A stretch of DNA of 64,000 nucleotides from Bilabrum cf. latius (taxonomy: Eukaryota): contig OZ237750.1 in the NCBI GenBank assembly GCA_965178125.1, positions 62,001 to 126,000 on the forward strand. Reading direction: 5' to 3'. How positions within the stretch are numbered: position 1 is the stretch's first letter; each line of letters opens with the position of its first letter. Below the pieces are notes generated by a model. That model had not been told where the DNA came from. It searched no databases and saw only the letters and a program-made list of their open reading frames with translations. Shown piece by piece: positions 14,301 to 24,964 of this stretch. Position numbers and translations under genes: made by a program.

Positions 14301-17300
14301 TTGGGCCATCAAGCGGGGCAGTCTTCTCAAAATGTAGCACATCATTTGGTGGCGTCTTTTCCGGAAACAACAGTCCCACTGATAACGGCTCCGGATCCAG
14401 TCCGTTCTTAAGTGCGGTCTTCTCGTCATGTCCCTTGGAAAATTGATGTATACTGCCACTGCCCTTGAGGTGGACCCCCACTGCCAGAGCAGGCCGCTGT
14501 GCAAGACCCGATAAATGCTGCATGAAAATTTGCTTGAACCGTGGGCTGCTTCCGTTGGCCAAGCACTTGAGGTTTGCGGTCAGCTGCTCAAGCTTTGTCG
14601 CGCAATCGGACCGCAGGTGTTCGATCGACTCGAATGGGGCCACTGGCTAGCCCCTAAAAACGCGCCTGGCCTACTCAAGCAGGGCAAGCGACTCTGGCAG
14701 ACTTGGTTCACGCAACCTAGGGCTGCTGCTTCCTAGTGTGTCGAAGTTGATCTGCACCCCGTCCATGCCCTCCAGCAGTCTCCTTGGTAGCAGTCCGCAC
14801 ATCACGTGGCGGTACGGACTACCAAGCTCCCCAGGCAGCTTGTTACTGCCCAGTACAGTCCCTGTCCTAGCGGTGAATAGAACAGACGTGCCCCCGGGCA
14901 GTCGGTGAGCCATGAGATCGCCGATGAGCTGCACTATGGGATGCTGCGTGGAGTCCTGCAGAACCTGCTGGGTAGCTCCAGAGCCGTCTCCCTGCAGCTT
15001 CGAAGGATCCAAGAGAACTGTTGCCCCATCAACGATCACTAGCGCGCGCCTCTGCATCTCCATGGTGTTGCCAAGGGCCTTGAAGGAGCTAGCTGCCTCG
15101 ACAGCTGTCAGCCGCTCCGCCCACGCTATTGCATGATCGTGCGATCCACGCACACCTTCTTTCCCCAGGGCAGTCATGCGCTACACGTGACGGCGAATAC
15201 CGGAACCGATGCATTCCTTTGCCCTCTTTAGGAGCTAGTGTTCCATGAAGGACCATATCGTGCCGTGCTGGTGCCCCCGAGTCGAGTCGCCTGCAGCACT
15301 GCTACTGAAGGAGCCTTGCGCTGCGCCAGAGCTAAAGTGACCTTGCGCCAAGTCACCCACCGGCAAGTAGTAGACCCCTCCGCTGTATAGGCAGGAGCGT
15401 ACCGCTTGATTGTACATGGCTACGGCACCAAGCGTCTTCCCGGATCCTTGCGGACCAACCAGACCGACGAGCTGACTGGACCCAGAGATCGGCGCCAGCA
15501 GCAGCGCCGCCTTTTCAAGCCCATCGGAATTGACCAAGCATGCACTCCCAACCTCGTCGCCTGGGATTTTACCCCACAATACTGAAGGGAAGCTCTGCGG
15601 CGCCGAGAGGATTGGCCTGGTCTACTCTTCGGGTTCTATAGCTGCAGGTGCGCTGCCAGGCAACTGCAGACTTGGTAGCAGCCGCTTGCCTAACGCATTT
15701 GGCATGGAATACTCACGTAAACTGCTGCCTTCTTCGCTAACTAGCCTGTCAATGGAATCTAGAACCTCCTGTGGCTCTAAATCACGCCTGCTATCACGCA
15801 AGTGTGAGGCACCTAGCCCAAGAATTAGTCTGGCAGATTCCGGGTCTCTACACAGGGAAACTGCATGCCCTAGAGAAAGCCTGTCAGCCTTGGAAATGTC
15901 GAAACGTAGCAATTGGCTGGCTTCTACAGTTTGAAGCAGTTTTTGCTGCTCAGTCTCTGGAAGAGCGTGCAGAACTTGGCGTGGAAGCAGTCCGCACATC
16001 ACGTGGCGGTACGGACTACCAAGCTCCCCAGGCAGCTTGTTACTGCCCAGCACAGTCCCTGTCCTAGCGGTAAATAGAACAGACGTGCCCCCGGGCAGTC
16101 GGTGAGCCATGAGATCGCCGATGAGCTGCACTATGGGATGCTGCGTGGGATCAACAAGCGAGCTAACGTGCTACGCTGCCGCGGCTTCGTGTGGATCTTG
16201 AGCAAGGGGATCAAGCCTAGCATCAGCGCCATCCACCAAGACAAGAACGTTTTTCCATCCTTCAAGTTCTTCTCCCACCTCTCTAAAGGAGTCGCTGCTC
16301 GTAATGCGGTCGACGCGAGACGCCCAGGTTGCCTACAGACGGTGCGCCTCCGCAGGAGACAGGTGAGGGGACCCGCTAGATCGCAGCACAGCCAGGAAGT
16401 TCCTGACTCCAAGACTTACAACGGATTTCAGTCGCTGAAGAAGGTGATGCTCCATGCTTGACCAGAAGCCATTTACATCACTGGATCTGGTGCTATCGCC
16501 AGCCATAGGTGTCTCGGCATCTGCTGCACCGGCGCCAGAGCTGGCACCTGCCCCGCTGTGTGGGTGCGGGGAGGAGTCGGGTACCCCAACTGCAGCAGCT
16601 GCCATGCCAACGCCTTCATGCTCCATTTCTGCGCCGTAGCTATCAGGCGCGGGGAAGTCCTCAAGTCTCACAGCCGCTGCAATGTCACCAATCGGCAGGA
16701 AGAAGACGCCGCCGGGATGGGTCTCTAAGTTGACAGCATGCCGAGCCATCTTCAGGGCTCCGATGGTTTTGCCGGCAGATACAGGGCCAATCAGACCAGT
16801 CAATTCCGCAGTCCTTCCGACTGTACTGGCACTCAACAGCGTCTACACGGTTCCGAGGCCCCCTTTGTTCAGCAGCAGGATATTGTCGGTCGTCGACCCC
16901 TTGATTTCCCCCTCTTTAGGAATGAAGGCTGGCGCGAAGCTGTCTGGGCCAAGCATTGCGGCAGGGGCATCTATTCCTGCAGCAGCAGCAGCAGCAGCAC
17001 GGGCGCAAGCCTGCAGTCTCGCTTGCGCTTCAAACAGCCCTATGGCGTGGAGAGATGCTGGCCGAATGCTCACGTCGCCTTCCGTCCGCTAGGCAATCAA
17101 GTTCATGACGCCCTCGTGCTTGTAGGTGTACAACTGCCAAGAGGGCATGATAAGGGCCGGTTGTTTGTCTTCCTCATTCTCGCCTTCCTCTACCTTCCCT
17201 TCCCCCAGCTGGCTCGAGAGCACTTCCTCTTGAGCCGCTGTCAACGCTGCATTGACTCTACCAAACGATCTCGGCAGCTTGGAAGCAAGGGCATGAACAA

Positions 17301-17963
17301 AAGCACTGACAGTCTCTTCTGCAACACCGCCCGTGTCGATTGCGATTACAAAGGGTACTCCGGCAGCGCACGCGCGCAGACCGATGCTCGCTGCTCCATG
17401 CTCCTGGTGCACGATAAGAATAGAGGCGGGCATGCGTTGCTGCTCCATCCCATGCCCCGCTCTTCCATTCAGACCACGTCCGATTGCTCTCGCTAGCTGC
17501 TCACCCGTGACTGTATCATACCCCGCTGGGTTTGGCTGCGCCGAGTGCAGGTGGATGCACGGCTCCTGGCCTTCGTCAGCCAGAACAGGAGCAGACAGCA
17601 CGACCACATCTGACTTGCCACCGCAGATTGCTCCGGCAATCGATGGTAGCGTTGCAGTTTCGATCCGCTTGCAGGGAAGGCACCCGGCAACCAGTGCTGA
17701 TTTCCATGTGTGATCTTGGCCCGTTGATTCCGTGCCCCAGTACGACACATTCATTTCAAAGCTACCCTCAGCAGCTTGTCCAGTCCAATGTGCACCATAA
17801 AGGTCCGCTTCGGCTTGCTATGTATCCAGACTTATCATAGCTTCTTGTTCCGATTGCAACCCGTAATTATCAGGTGGCAAGAGTACTGGTGCCCCCATTG
17901 GCAAACCGAAGTCGTCTACGAGCTAGAACACGGACTTTGCGCCAGCCGGAGTCATCCCAGGTA
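8371..17963 (-). CDS. 3' part of giant multidomain protein: degenerate CHAT-like domain, three P-loop NTPase (STAND/NB-ARC-like) modules, SH2-like domain, possible degenerate kinase-like segment
   Basis: About 20 listed ORFs from 17089-17754 to 8554-8865 lie in one frame, and the gaps I translated contain only TAG. First TGA at 8371-8373. Walker A: GPVSAGKT, GPQGSGKT, GWPRSGKT, each followed by GGV(F/Y)(F/Y)xP(I/V)GD. Walker B-like VLVL(V/I)DG and LVIVDG. SH2-like AASEMLQNTDGPAFVIRFSGTPGCLAVS (~11540-11620). Confidence 0.8.
14789..14951. repeat. 163-bp near-identical direct repeat, copy 1 (copy 2 at 15986-16148)
   Basis: Both copies encode TQHPIVQLIGDLMAHRLPGGTSVLFTARTGTVLGSNKLPGELGSPYRHVMCGLL; two substitutions seen by eye. 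Confidence 0.9.
15986..16148. repeat. 163-bp near-identical direct repeat, copy 2
   Basis: Matches 14789-14951. Confidence 0.9.
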
Positions 17964-18135
17964 TTAGCAGGTCTGGGGTTACAATCAGTAAGACCGGAAC
18001 TGTAGAAACTGGGATTGATTTGCGTGAAGGCCGACTCATCTTCCCGAGGGTACGCCGAAGATACTGATCTCGGCAGTGCTCAAGAAGACACGTACTACAA
18101 TGTAGTGTAGTTCTGAGTCAGCTTGCAAAAGTTTT
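17964..18135 (+). repeat. Split direct repeat A1
   Basis: TTAGCAGGTCTGGGG...GCAAAAGTTTT, identical by eye to 24085-24256. Confidence 0.95.
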
Positions 18136-18446
18136 AAAAGTTTTCGAGAGGCCTATCGGCTGGCTCCAAGGGCAATCGGGATGTGTTCGTCTCAGGTTGA
18201 TCCCTATAAGGAAAAAGTAAACATAACCCATGTCAAACGCACGCTGGTATATGCACTTATTGCATAGTTGCTGCCAAAGGTCTGCTGCGAGTGCATTTCA
18301 CCCGGCGCTGCTTCATAACGCACACGGCACGTCAAGGCACAACACTGCGCAACTCGACTTATGCTTGTATTGCATCCCATAAACCATAGCAAGGCCGCTA
18401 GTGAATCGTAAATCAAGATTATCATTAACATTGTGTCGCAAACGGG

Positions 18447-21400
18447 GCCTGCCACTGGCCACCTTGCTGCTGTGGGCAGCTTGGCGAGCCTGGGTGGGTT
18501 GCTGCGCGTCGTCCACTTGACGTCCGCTTGCCTTTGTCTGTGATGGCGCCTTGATGCGCCTGCCACTGGCCACCTTGCTGCTGTGGGCAGCTTGGCGAGC
18601 CTGGGTGGGTTGCTGCGCGTTGTCCATTTGACGTCCGCTTGCTTTTGTCTGTGATGGCGCCTTGATGCGCCTGCCGCTGGCCGCCTTGCTGCTGTGGGCA
18701 GCTTGGCGAGCCTGGGTGGGTTGCTGCGCGTCGTCCATTTGACGTCCGCTTGCTTTTGTCTGTGATGGCGCCTGACTGCGCCTGCCACTGGCCGCCTTTG
18801 CTGCTGTGGGCAGCTTGGCGAGCCTGGGTGGGTTGCTGCGCGTCGTCCACTTGACGTCCGCTTGCCTTTGTCTGTGATGGCGCCTTGATGCGCCTGCCAC
18901 TGGCCACCTTGCTGCTGTGCGCAGCTTGGCGAGCCTGGGTGGGTTGCTGCGCGTCGTCCATTTGACGTCCGCTTGCCTTTGTCTGTGATGGCGCCTTGAT
19001 GCGCCTGCCACTGGCCACCTTTGCTGCTGTGGGCAGCTTGGCGAGCCTGGGTGGGTTGCTGCGCGTCGTCCATTTGACGTCCGCTTGCCTTTGTCTGTGA
19101 TGGCGCCTTGATGCGCCTGCCACTGGCCGCCTTTGCTGCTGTGGGCAGCTTGGCGAGCCTGGGTGGGTTGCTGCGCGTTGTCCATTTGACGTCCGCTTGC
19201 CTTTGTCTGTGATGGCGCCTTGATGCGCCTGCCGCTGGCCGCCTTGCTGCTGTGGGCAGCTTGGCGAGCCTGGGTGGGTTGCTGCGTGTCGTCCATTTGA
19301 CGTCCGCTTGCCTTTGTCTTTGATGGCGCCTTGATGCGCCTGCCACTGGCCGCCTTTGCTGCTGTGGGCAGCTTGGCGAGCCTGGGTGGGTTGCTGCGCG
19401 TCGTCCATTTGACGTCCGCTTGCCTTAGTTTGGGATGGCGCCTGACTGCGCCTGCCACTGGACGCCTTTGCTGCTGTGGGCAGCTTGGCGAGCCTGGGTG
19501 GGTTGCTGCGCGTCGTCCATTTGACGTCCGCTTGCTTTTGTCTGTGATGGCGCCTTGATGCGCCTGCCACTGGCCGCCTTTGCTGCTGTGGGCAGCTTGG
19601 CGAGCCTGGGTGGGTTGCTGCGCGTCGTCCATTTGGCGTCCGCTTGCCTTTGTCTATGATGGCGCCTTGATGCGCCTGCCACTGGCCGCCTTTGCTGCTG
19701 TGGGCAGCTTGGCGAGCCTGGGTGGGTTGCTGCGCGTCGTCCATTTGACGTCCGCTTGCCTTTGTCTGTGATGGCGCCTTGAAGCGTCTGCCATTGGCCA
19801 CCTTGCTGCTGTGCGCAGCTTGGCGAGCCTGGGTGGGTTGCTGCGCGTCGTCCATATGACGTCCGCTTGCCTTTGTCTGTGATGGCGCCTTGATGCGCCT
19901 GCCACTGGCCACCTTTGCTGCTGTGGGCAGCTTGGCGAGCCTGGGTGGGTTGCTGCGCATCGTCCATTTGACGTCCGCTTGCCTTTGTCTGTGATGGCGC
20001 CTGAATGCGCCTGCCACTGGACGCCTTTGCTGCTGTGCGCAGCTTGGCGAGCCTGGGTGGGTTGCTGCGCGTCGTCCATTTGACGTCCGCTTGCCTTTGT
20101 CTGTGATGGCGCCTGACTGCGCCTGCCACTGGCCGCCTTTGCTGCTGTGGGCAGCTTGGCGAGCCTGGGTGGGTTGCTGCGCGTTGTCCATTTGACGTCC
20201 GCTTGCCTTTGTCTGTGATGGCTCCTTGAAGCGTCTGCCATTGGCCACCTTGCTGCTGTGCGCAGCTTGGCGAGCCTGGGTGGGTTGCTGCGCGTCGTCC
20301 ATATGACGTCCGCTTGCCTTTGTCTGTGATGGCGCCTGACTGCGCCTGCCACTGGCCACCTTGCTGCTGTGGGCAGCTTGGCGAGCCTGGGTGGGTTGCT
20401 GCGCGTCGTCCATTTGACGTCCGCTTGCCTTTGTCTGTGATGGCGCCTTGATGCGCCTGCCACTGGCCACCTTTGCTGCTGTGCGCAGCTTGGCGAGCCT
20501 GGGTGGGTTGCTGCGCGTCGTCCATTTGACGTCCGCTTGCCTTTGTCTGTGATGGCGCCTGACTGCGCCTGCCACTGGCCGCCTTTGCTGCTGTGCGCAG
20601 CTTGGCGAGCCTGGGTGGGTTGCTGCGCGTCGTCCATTTGACGTCCGCTTGCCTTTGTCTGTGATGGCGCCTTGATGCGCCTGCCACTGGACGCCTTCGC
20701 TGCTGTGGGCAGCTTGGCGAGCCTGGGTGGGTTGCTGCGCGTCGTCCATTTGACGTCCGCTTGCCTTTGTCTGTGATGGCGCCTTGATGCGCCTGCCACT
20801 GGCCGCCTTTGCTGCTGTGCGCAGCTTGGCGAGCCTGGGTGGGTTGCTGCGCGTCGTCCATTTGACGTCCGCTTGCTTTTGTCTGTGATGACGCCTTGAT
20901 GTGCCTGCCACTGGCCGCCTTTGCTGCTGTGGGCAGCTTGGCGAGCCTGGGTGGGTTGCTGCGCGTCGTCCATTTGACGTCCGCTTGCTTTGTCTGTGAT
21001 GGCGCCTTGATGCGCCTGCCACTGGACGCCTTTGCTGCTGTGCGCAGCTTGGCGAGCCTGGGTGGGTTGCTGCGCGTCGTCCATTTGACGTCCGCTAGCC
21101 TTTGTCTGTGATGGCGCCTTGATGCGCCTGCCACTGGACGCCTTCGCTGCTGTGGGCAGCTTGGCGAGCCTGGGTGGGTTGCTGCGCGTCGTCCATTTGA
21201 CGTCCGCTTGCTTTTGTCTGTGATGGCGCCTTGATGCGCCTGCCACTGGCCGCCTTTGCTGCTGTGGGCAGCTTGGCGAGCCTGGGTGGGTTGCTGCGCG
21301 TCGTCCATTTGACGTCCGCTAGCCTTTGTCTGTGATGGCGCCTTGATGCGCCTGCCACTGGCCGCCTTTGCTGCTGTGGGCAGCTTGGCGAGCCTGGGTG

Positions 21401-21533
21401 GGTTGCTGCGCGTCGTCCATTTGACGTCCGCTTGCCTTTGTCTGTGATGGCGCCTTGATGCGCCTGCCACTGGCCGCCTTTGCTGCTGTGGGCAGCTTGG
21501 CGAGCCTGGGTGGGTTGCTGCGAGTCGTCCATT
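18447..21533. repeat. Minisatellite, 111/112-bp unit, about 27-28 copies
   Basis: Unit GCCTGCCACTGGCCGCCTTTGCTGCTGTGGGCAGCTTGGCGAGCCTGGGTGGGTTGCTGCGCGTCGTCCATTTGACGTCCGCTTGCCTTTGTCTGTGATGGCGCCTTGATGC, head-to-tail with few variants. Confidence 0.97.
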
Positions 21534-21573
21534 GGATAACTTAAGGTTGTGTTACGATGCTCAACCGCGACAT

Positions 21574-22022
21574 CACTAGCCGCCAAGGAGGAGATGACCA
21601 CCCCCAAGGCAGCCTGTGTGAGCAATTGCACCATATGCACCATGAAACAGCTCGACCAGAAGGTCTTGTCATAGCGACAGCACTAGCTGCCAAGGAGGAG
21701 ATGACCACCCCCAAGGCAGCCTGTATGAGCAATTGCACCATATGCACCATGAAACAGCTCGACCAGGATGTCTTGTCATAGCGACAGCACTAGCTGCCAA
21801 GGAGGCGATGACCACCCCCAAGGCAGCCTGTGTGAGCAATTGCACCATGTGCACCATTGGACAGCTCGACCAGGATGTCTTGTCATAGCGACAGCACTAG
21901 CTGCCAAGGAGGAGATGACCATCCCCAATGCAGCCTGTGTGAGCAATTGCACCATATGCACCATGAAACAGCTCGACCAGAAGGTCTTGTCATAGCGATA
22001 GCACTGGCGGCCAAGGAGGAGA
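21574..22022. repeat. Minisatellite, 107-bp unit, first block (~4 copies)
   Basis: Unit CACTAGCTGCCAAGGAGGAGATGACCACCCCCAAGGCAGCCTGTGTGAGCAATTGCACCATATGCACCATGAAACAGCTCGACCAGAAGGTCTTGTCATAGCGACAG. Confidence 0.95.
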
Positions 22023-22838
22023 ACATCTACTAGCGGCGCGACGACAGCACCCCCAGCGCGAGGCGCAGAAGGGCCAGGTCACAGGGCAGCCGCGGTAGTA
22101 GGAAGCAGCACGAACATCAGCACCGACGTAGCAGCAGCAAGGCGGCAGAGTGCCTCCGACGTTCGCACTAGAAGGAGAGGTCCGACTAGGTCACGGCGAA
22201 GGGGGACTCATACTGCCTGTCAAATCCACGGGACCATCCCTTGATGCTAGAGTTAGCCTTGGGGGGACCCGGGAGGAGGCTTCGAGGAATTAGTCGTCCG
22301 CTGTAAAGCAGGCCACCCAGGAGCGAACTCTCGTAGCCCGTCAGGGAGCCAGAGCAGAGCACACCGAGAGGGCTATTGTGGAGCAACGTAGCGGCATGAA
22401 CTCGCAGAGCAGCGCACTGAGGAGCATGCAAGTGCACAGTGGGGACAAACTGTATTGGATGCATCCAGCTACATTCTCAATCTGCACCACGCAGTGTTGT
22501 CCGGTGGCGGAGGTGTTGCACGTCTTACGCAAGTATGGCGCGCCTTTCCACTGGTACCTCGAGCCTGACGCAGCGATCAAGGCTCCACGAGACGGTGGGG
22601 ACGCCGACTGGCACGAAGGTACCTCAACGCAATCAGCCCTGTTTACTGAGATTCGCAAGCAGGTTGAGGCAGGATTCATTCGAGTTACATCGAAACCAGC
22701 AACATCAGATATGCCGAGAGCCTTGCTGGTCCGGAAGTACGCTTGGAAGCTCAGCCCCGGCGTGGGCATGCAGCGACGCATAGTACCAAGTGAATAGGCC
22801 AGGATCGTCGTGGATTTCTCGGGACTACGACCACATGC
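22021..22838 (+). pseudogene. Truncated reverse-transcriptase N-terminal fragment embedded in the 107-bp array
   Basis: Open frame (TAG as sense) reading ...VLHVLRKYGAPF...SALFTEIRKQVEAGFIRVTSKP...LLVRK...PSE*ARIVVDFSGL. This matches the 'EI..l...G.I' and 'R.vvD.s.L' motifs that open retroelement RTs. The frame is cut off by the repeat before any YxDD. Confidence 0.65.
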
Positions 22839-23700
22839 AAAGGAGGAGATGACCACCCCCAAGGCAGCCTGTGTGAGCAATTGCACCATGTGCACCATGA
22901 AACAGCTCGACCAGAAGGTCTTGTCATAGCGACAGCACTAGCCGCCAAGGAGGAGATGACCACCCCCAAGGCAGCCTGTGTGAGCAATTGCACCATGTGC
23001 ACCATTGGACAGCTCGACCAGGATGTCTTGTCATAGCGACAGCACTAGCTGCCAAGGAGGAGATGACCATCCCCAATGCAGCCTGTGTGAGCAATTGCAC
23101 CATGTACACCATTGAACAGCTCGACCAGAAGGTCTTGTCATAGCGACAGCACTAGCTGCCAAGGAGGAGATGACAACCCCCAAGGCAGCCTGTGTGAGCA
23201 ATTGCACCATGTACACCATTGAACAGCTCGACCAGGAGGTCTTGTCATAGCGACAGCACTAGCTGCCAAGGAGGAGATGACCACCCCCAAGGCAGCCTGT
23301 GTGAGCAATTGCACCATGTACACCATTGAACAGCTCGACCAGGAGGTCTTGTCATAGTAACAGCACTAGCTGCCAAGGAGGAGATGCCCATCCCCAAGGC
23401 AGCCTGTGTGAGCAATTGCACCATTTGCAGGGACGCAGCTCGACAACAGAGTTTTGTAAGTTCCGGATGAACAGCACTAGCAACGACAGGACAAAATGAG
23501 CAGCACCATATGCACCATTTGTAAGCTAGACTGGGAGGTCCTGTCGAATGGATAGCACTAACAACGACGAAAGCGATGATCACTCCCGCAGCAACCTGTG
23601 TACTTGAATGCATCTTAGGCACCAGTATTAAGCTCGGCGAGGATTTCGTATATAATTGACATCTCTGGTTGCGATCAACGACTAGGCTCATCGGTGGTAC
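22839..23700. repeat. Minisatellite, 107-bp unit, second block (~5.5 clean copies, then 2-3 degenerate)
   Basis: Same unit resumes at AAGGAGGAGATGACC and decays after ~23430; right boundary approximate. Confidence 0.9.
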
Positions 23701-23931
23701 GGTGAATGCTGCAGATCAGCCACCATAACCTGACAGTTCAACACAACAGTCGATGCAAGTGGCTCCACGGTGGTCACCACCGACAGATGACTACCACTAG
23801 TGGCAAGCAAAGCGGACAGCAGCCATCGTGGCGACTATATCCAAGGAGCGGATTAATGTGACCCACAGGTCAGTATGCGTAGGGCGGCAAGCCGCAGTGG
23901 CCACAGGTGGCCAAATCTGCGGGTCAGTACG

Positions 23932-24256
23932 GCGCAGGCTGCACCAGCAGCCGGGTCCCCTTGTGGCGCCACGGGTGGTCAACCGCCCGAGGAGCCGGGG
24001 CCCAGCACGCCCTCGCATTTTCTAGCAACCCTAACCGGAGGTTCTAGAACTGATTCGATGTAACGTACAAATCAATGTCAGTTTTTAGCAGGTCTGGGGT
24101 TACAATCAGTAAGACCGGAACTGTAGAAACTGGGATTGATTTGCGTGAAGGCCGACTCATCTTCCCGAGGGTACGCCGAAGATACTGATCTCGGCAGTGC
24201 TCAAGAAGACACGTACTACAATGTAGTGTAGTTCTGAGTCAGCTTGCAAAAGTTTT
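23932..24256 (+). repeat. Abutting split direct repeats B1 (23932-24084) and A2 (24085-24256)
   Basis: Junction ...ATGTCAGTTT|TTAGCAGG... is the element's right end joined exactly to its left end. Confidence 0.95.
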
Positions 24257-24811
24257 CCCGCCCACCCGCAAAGTGTAGAGGAAGTGCAGAGAGGAGTGTC
24301 ATGACTCAAGTCCCTGAATGATGGGGCAAAGAGCCCACGCGTACCACAGCAATTTGGAGCGCGAGGACAGCCCAGGGCCTGCGATTTGGCGCAACGATAG
24401 CGCATATCTTGCAGGGCAGGGATCATGACTCAACACCCAGAGGTACAGGGGTCGCCACCGGACACCGAAGGGCGGCACCCAGGATCGCGCGTGAGTTTGT
24501 CGGCATCCTCAGCCAACAAATCACACCGCGGGACAGTCAGCAGAAGACGGGGTCGTCATCTCAACGAGAGGGCGGCACCCAGGCATGGATAGTTTTCTTC
24601 CGGAACATTTTCGGTCTTTATAGTCCAGGCCATGCAGACACTCTGAGGGATTTGGATGTAGGGGTCGTCACCTCACTGAGAGGGCGGCACCGAGCTCGGG
24701 TGACTTTTCCCAGCCACTGGCTGGGTGTTTAGATCTTCGAGCGCATCTGCTTACATTGTATGATTGAATGATACCTCCGGTGGGTAGGCACTTTGCTTAC
24801 CCGCGTCAGGC

Positions 24812-24964
24812 GCGCAGGCTGCACCAGCAGCCGGGTCCCCTTGTGGCGCCACGGGTGGTCAACCGCCCGAGGAGCCGGGGCCCAGCACGCCCTCGCATTT
24901 TCTAGCAACCCTAACCGGAGGTTCTAGAACTGATTCGATGTAACGTACAAATCAATGTCAGTTT
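24812..24964 (+). repeat. Split direct repeat B2
   Basis: GCGCAGGCTGCACC...AATGTCAGTTT, identical by eye to 23932-24084. Confidence 0.95.

Larger units (their letters stand above)
17964..24964 (+). mobile_element. Non-autonomous split-direct-repeat retroelement (Ngaro/PAT-type tyrosine-recombinase retrotransposon derivative), 7,001 bp
   Basis: A1 17964-18135 = A2 24085-24256 (172 bp). B1 23932-24084 = B2 24812-24964 (153 bp). Order A1-internal-B1A2-spacer-B2. No TSD. RT N-terminal remnant at ~22378-22838. Excision restores the host frame. Confidence 0.85.

Noticed and set aside
18204-21643. Long minus-strand ORFs (up to 865 aa) across the 112-bp array
   Set aside because: The unit lacks stops on that strand and is mostly not a multiple of 3, so all frames cycle through the same peptides; a repeat artefact.
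18447-23700. CRISPR-like array
   Set aside because: Units are head-to-tail with no unique spacers, there are no cas genes, and the context is eukaryotic.
17964-24256. Ordinary LTR retrotransposon with A1/A2 as LTRs
   Set aside because: No TG...CA ends or TSD, and the host frame resumes only after B2 at 24965.
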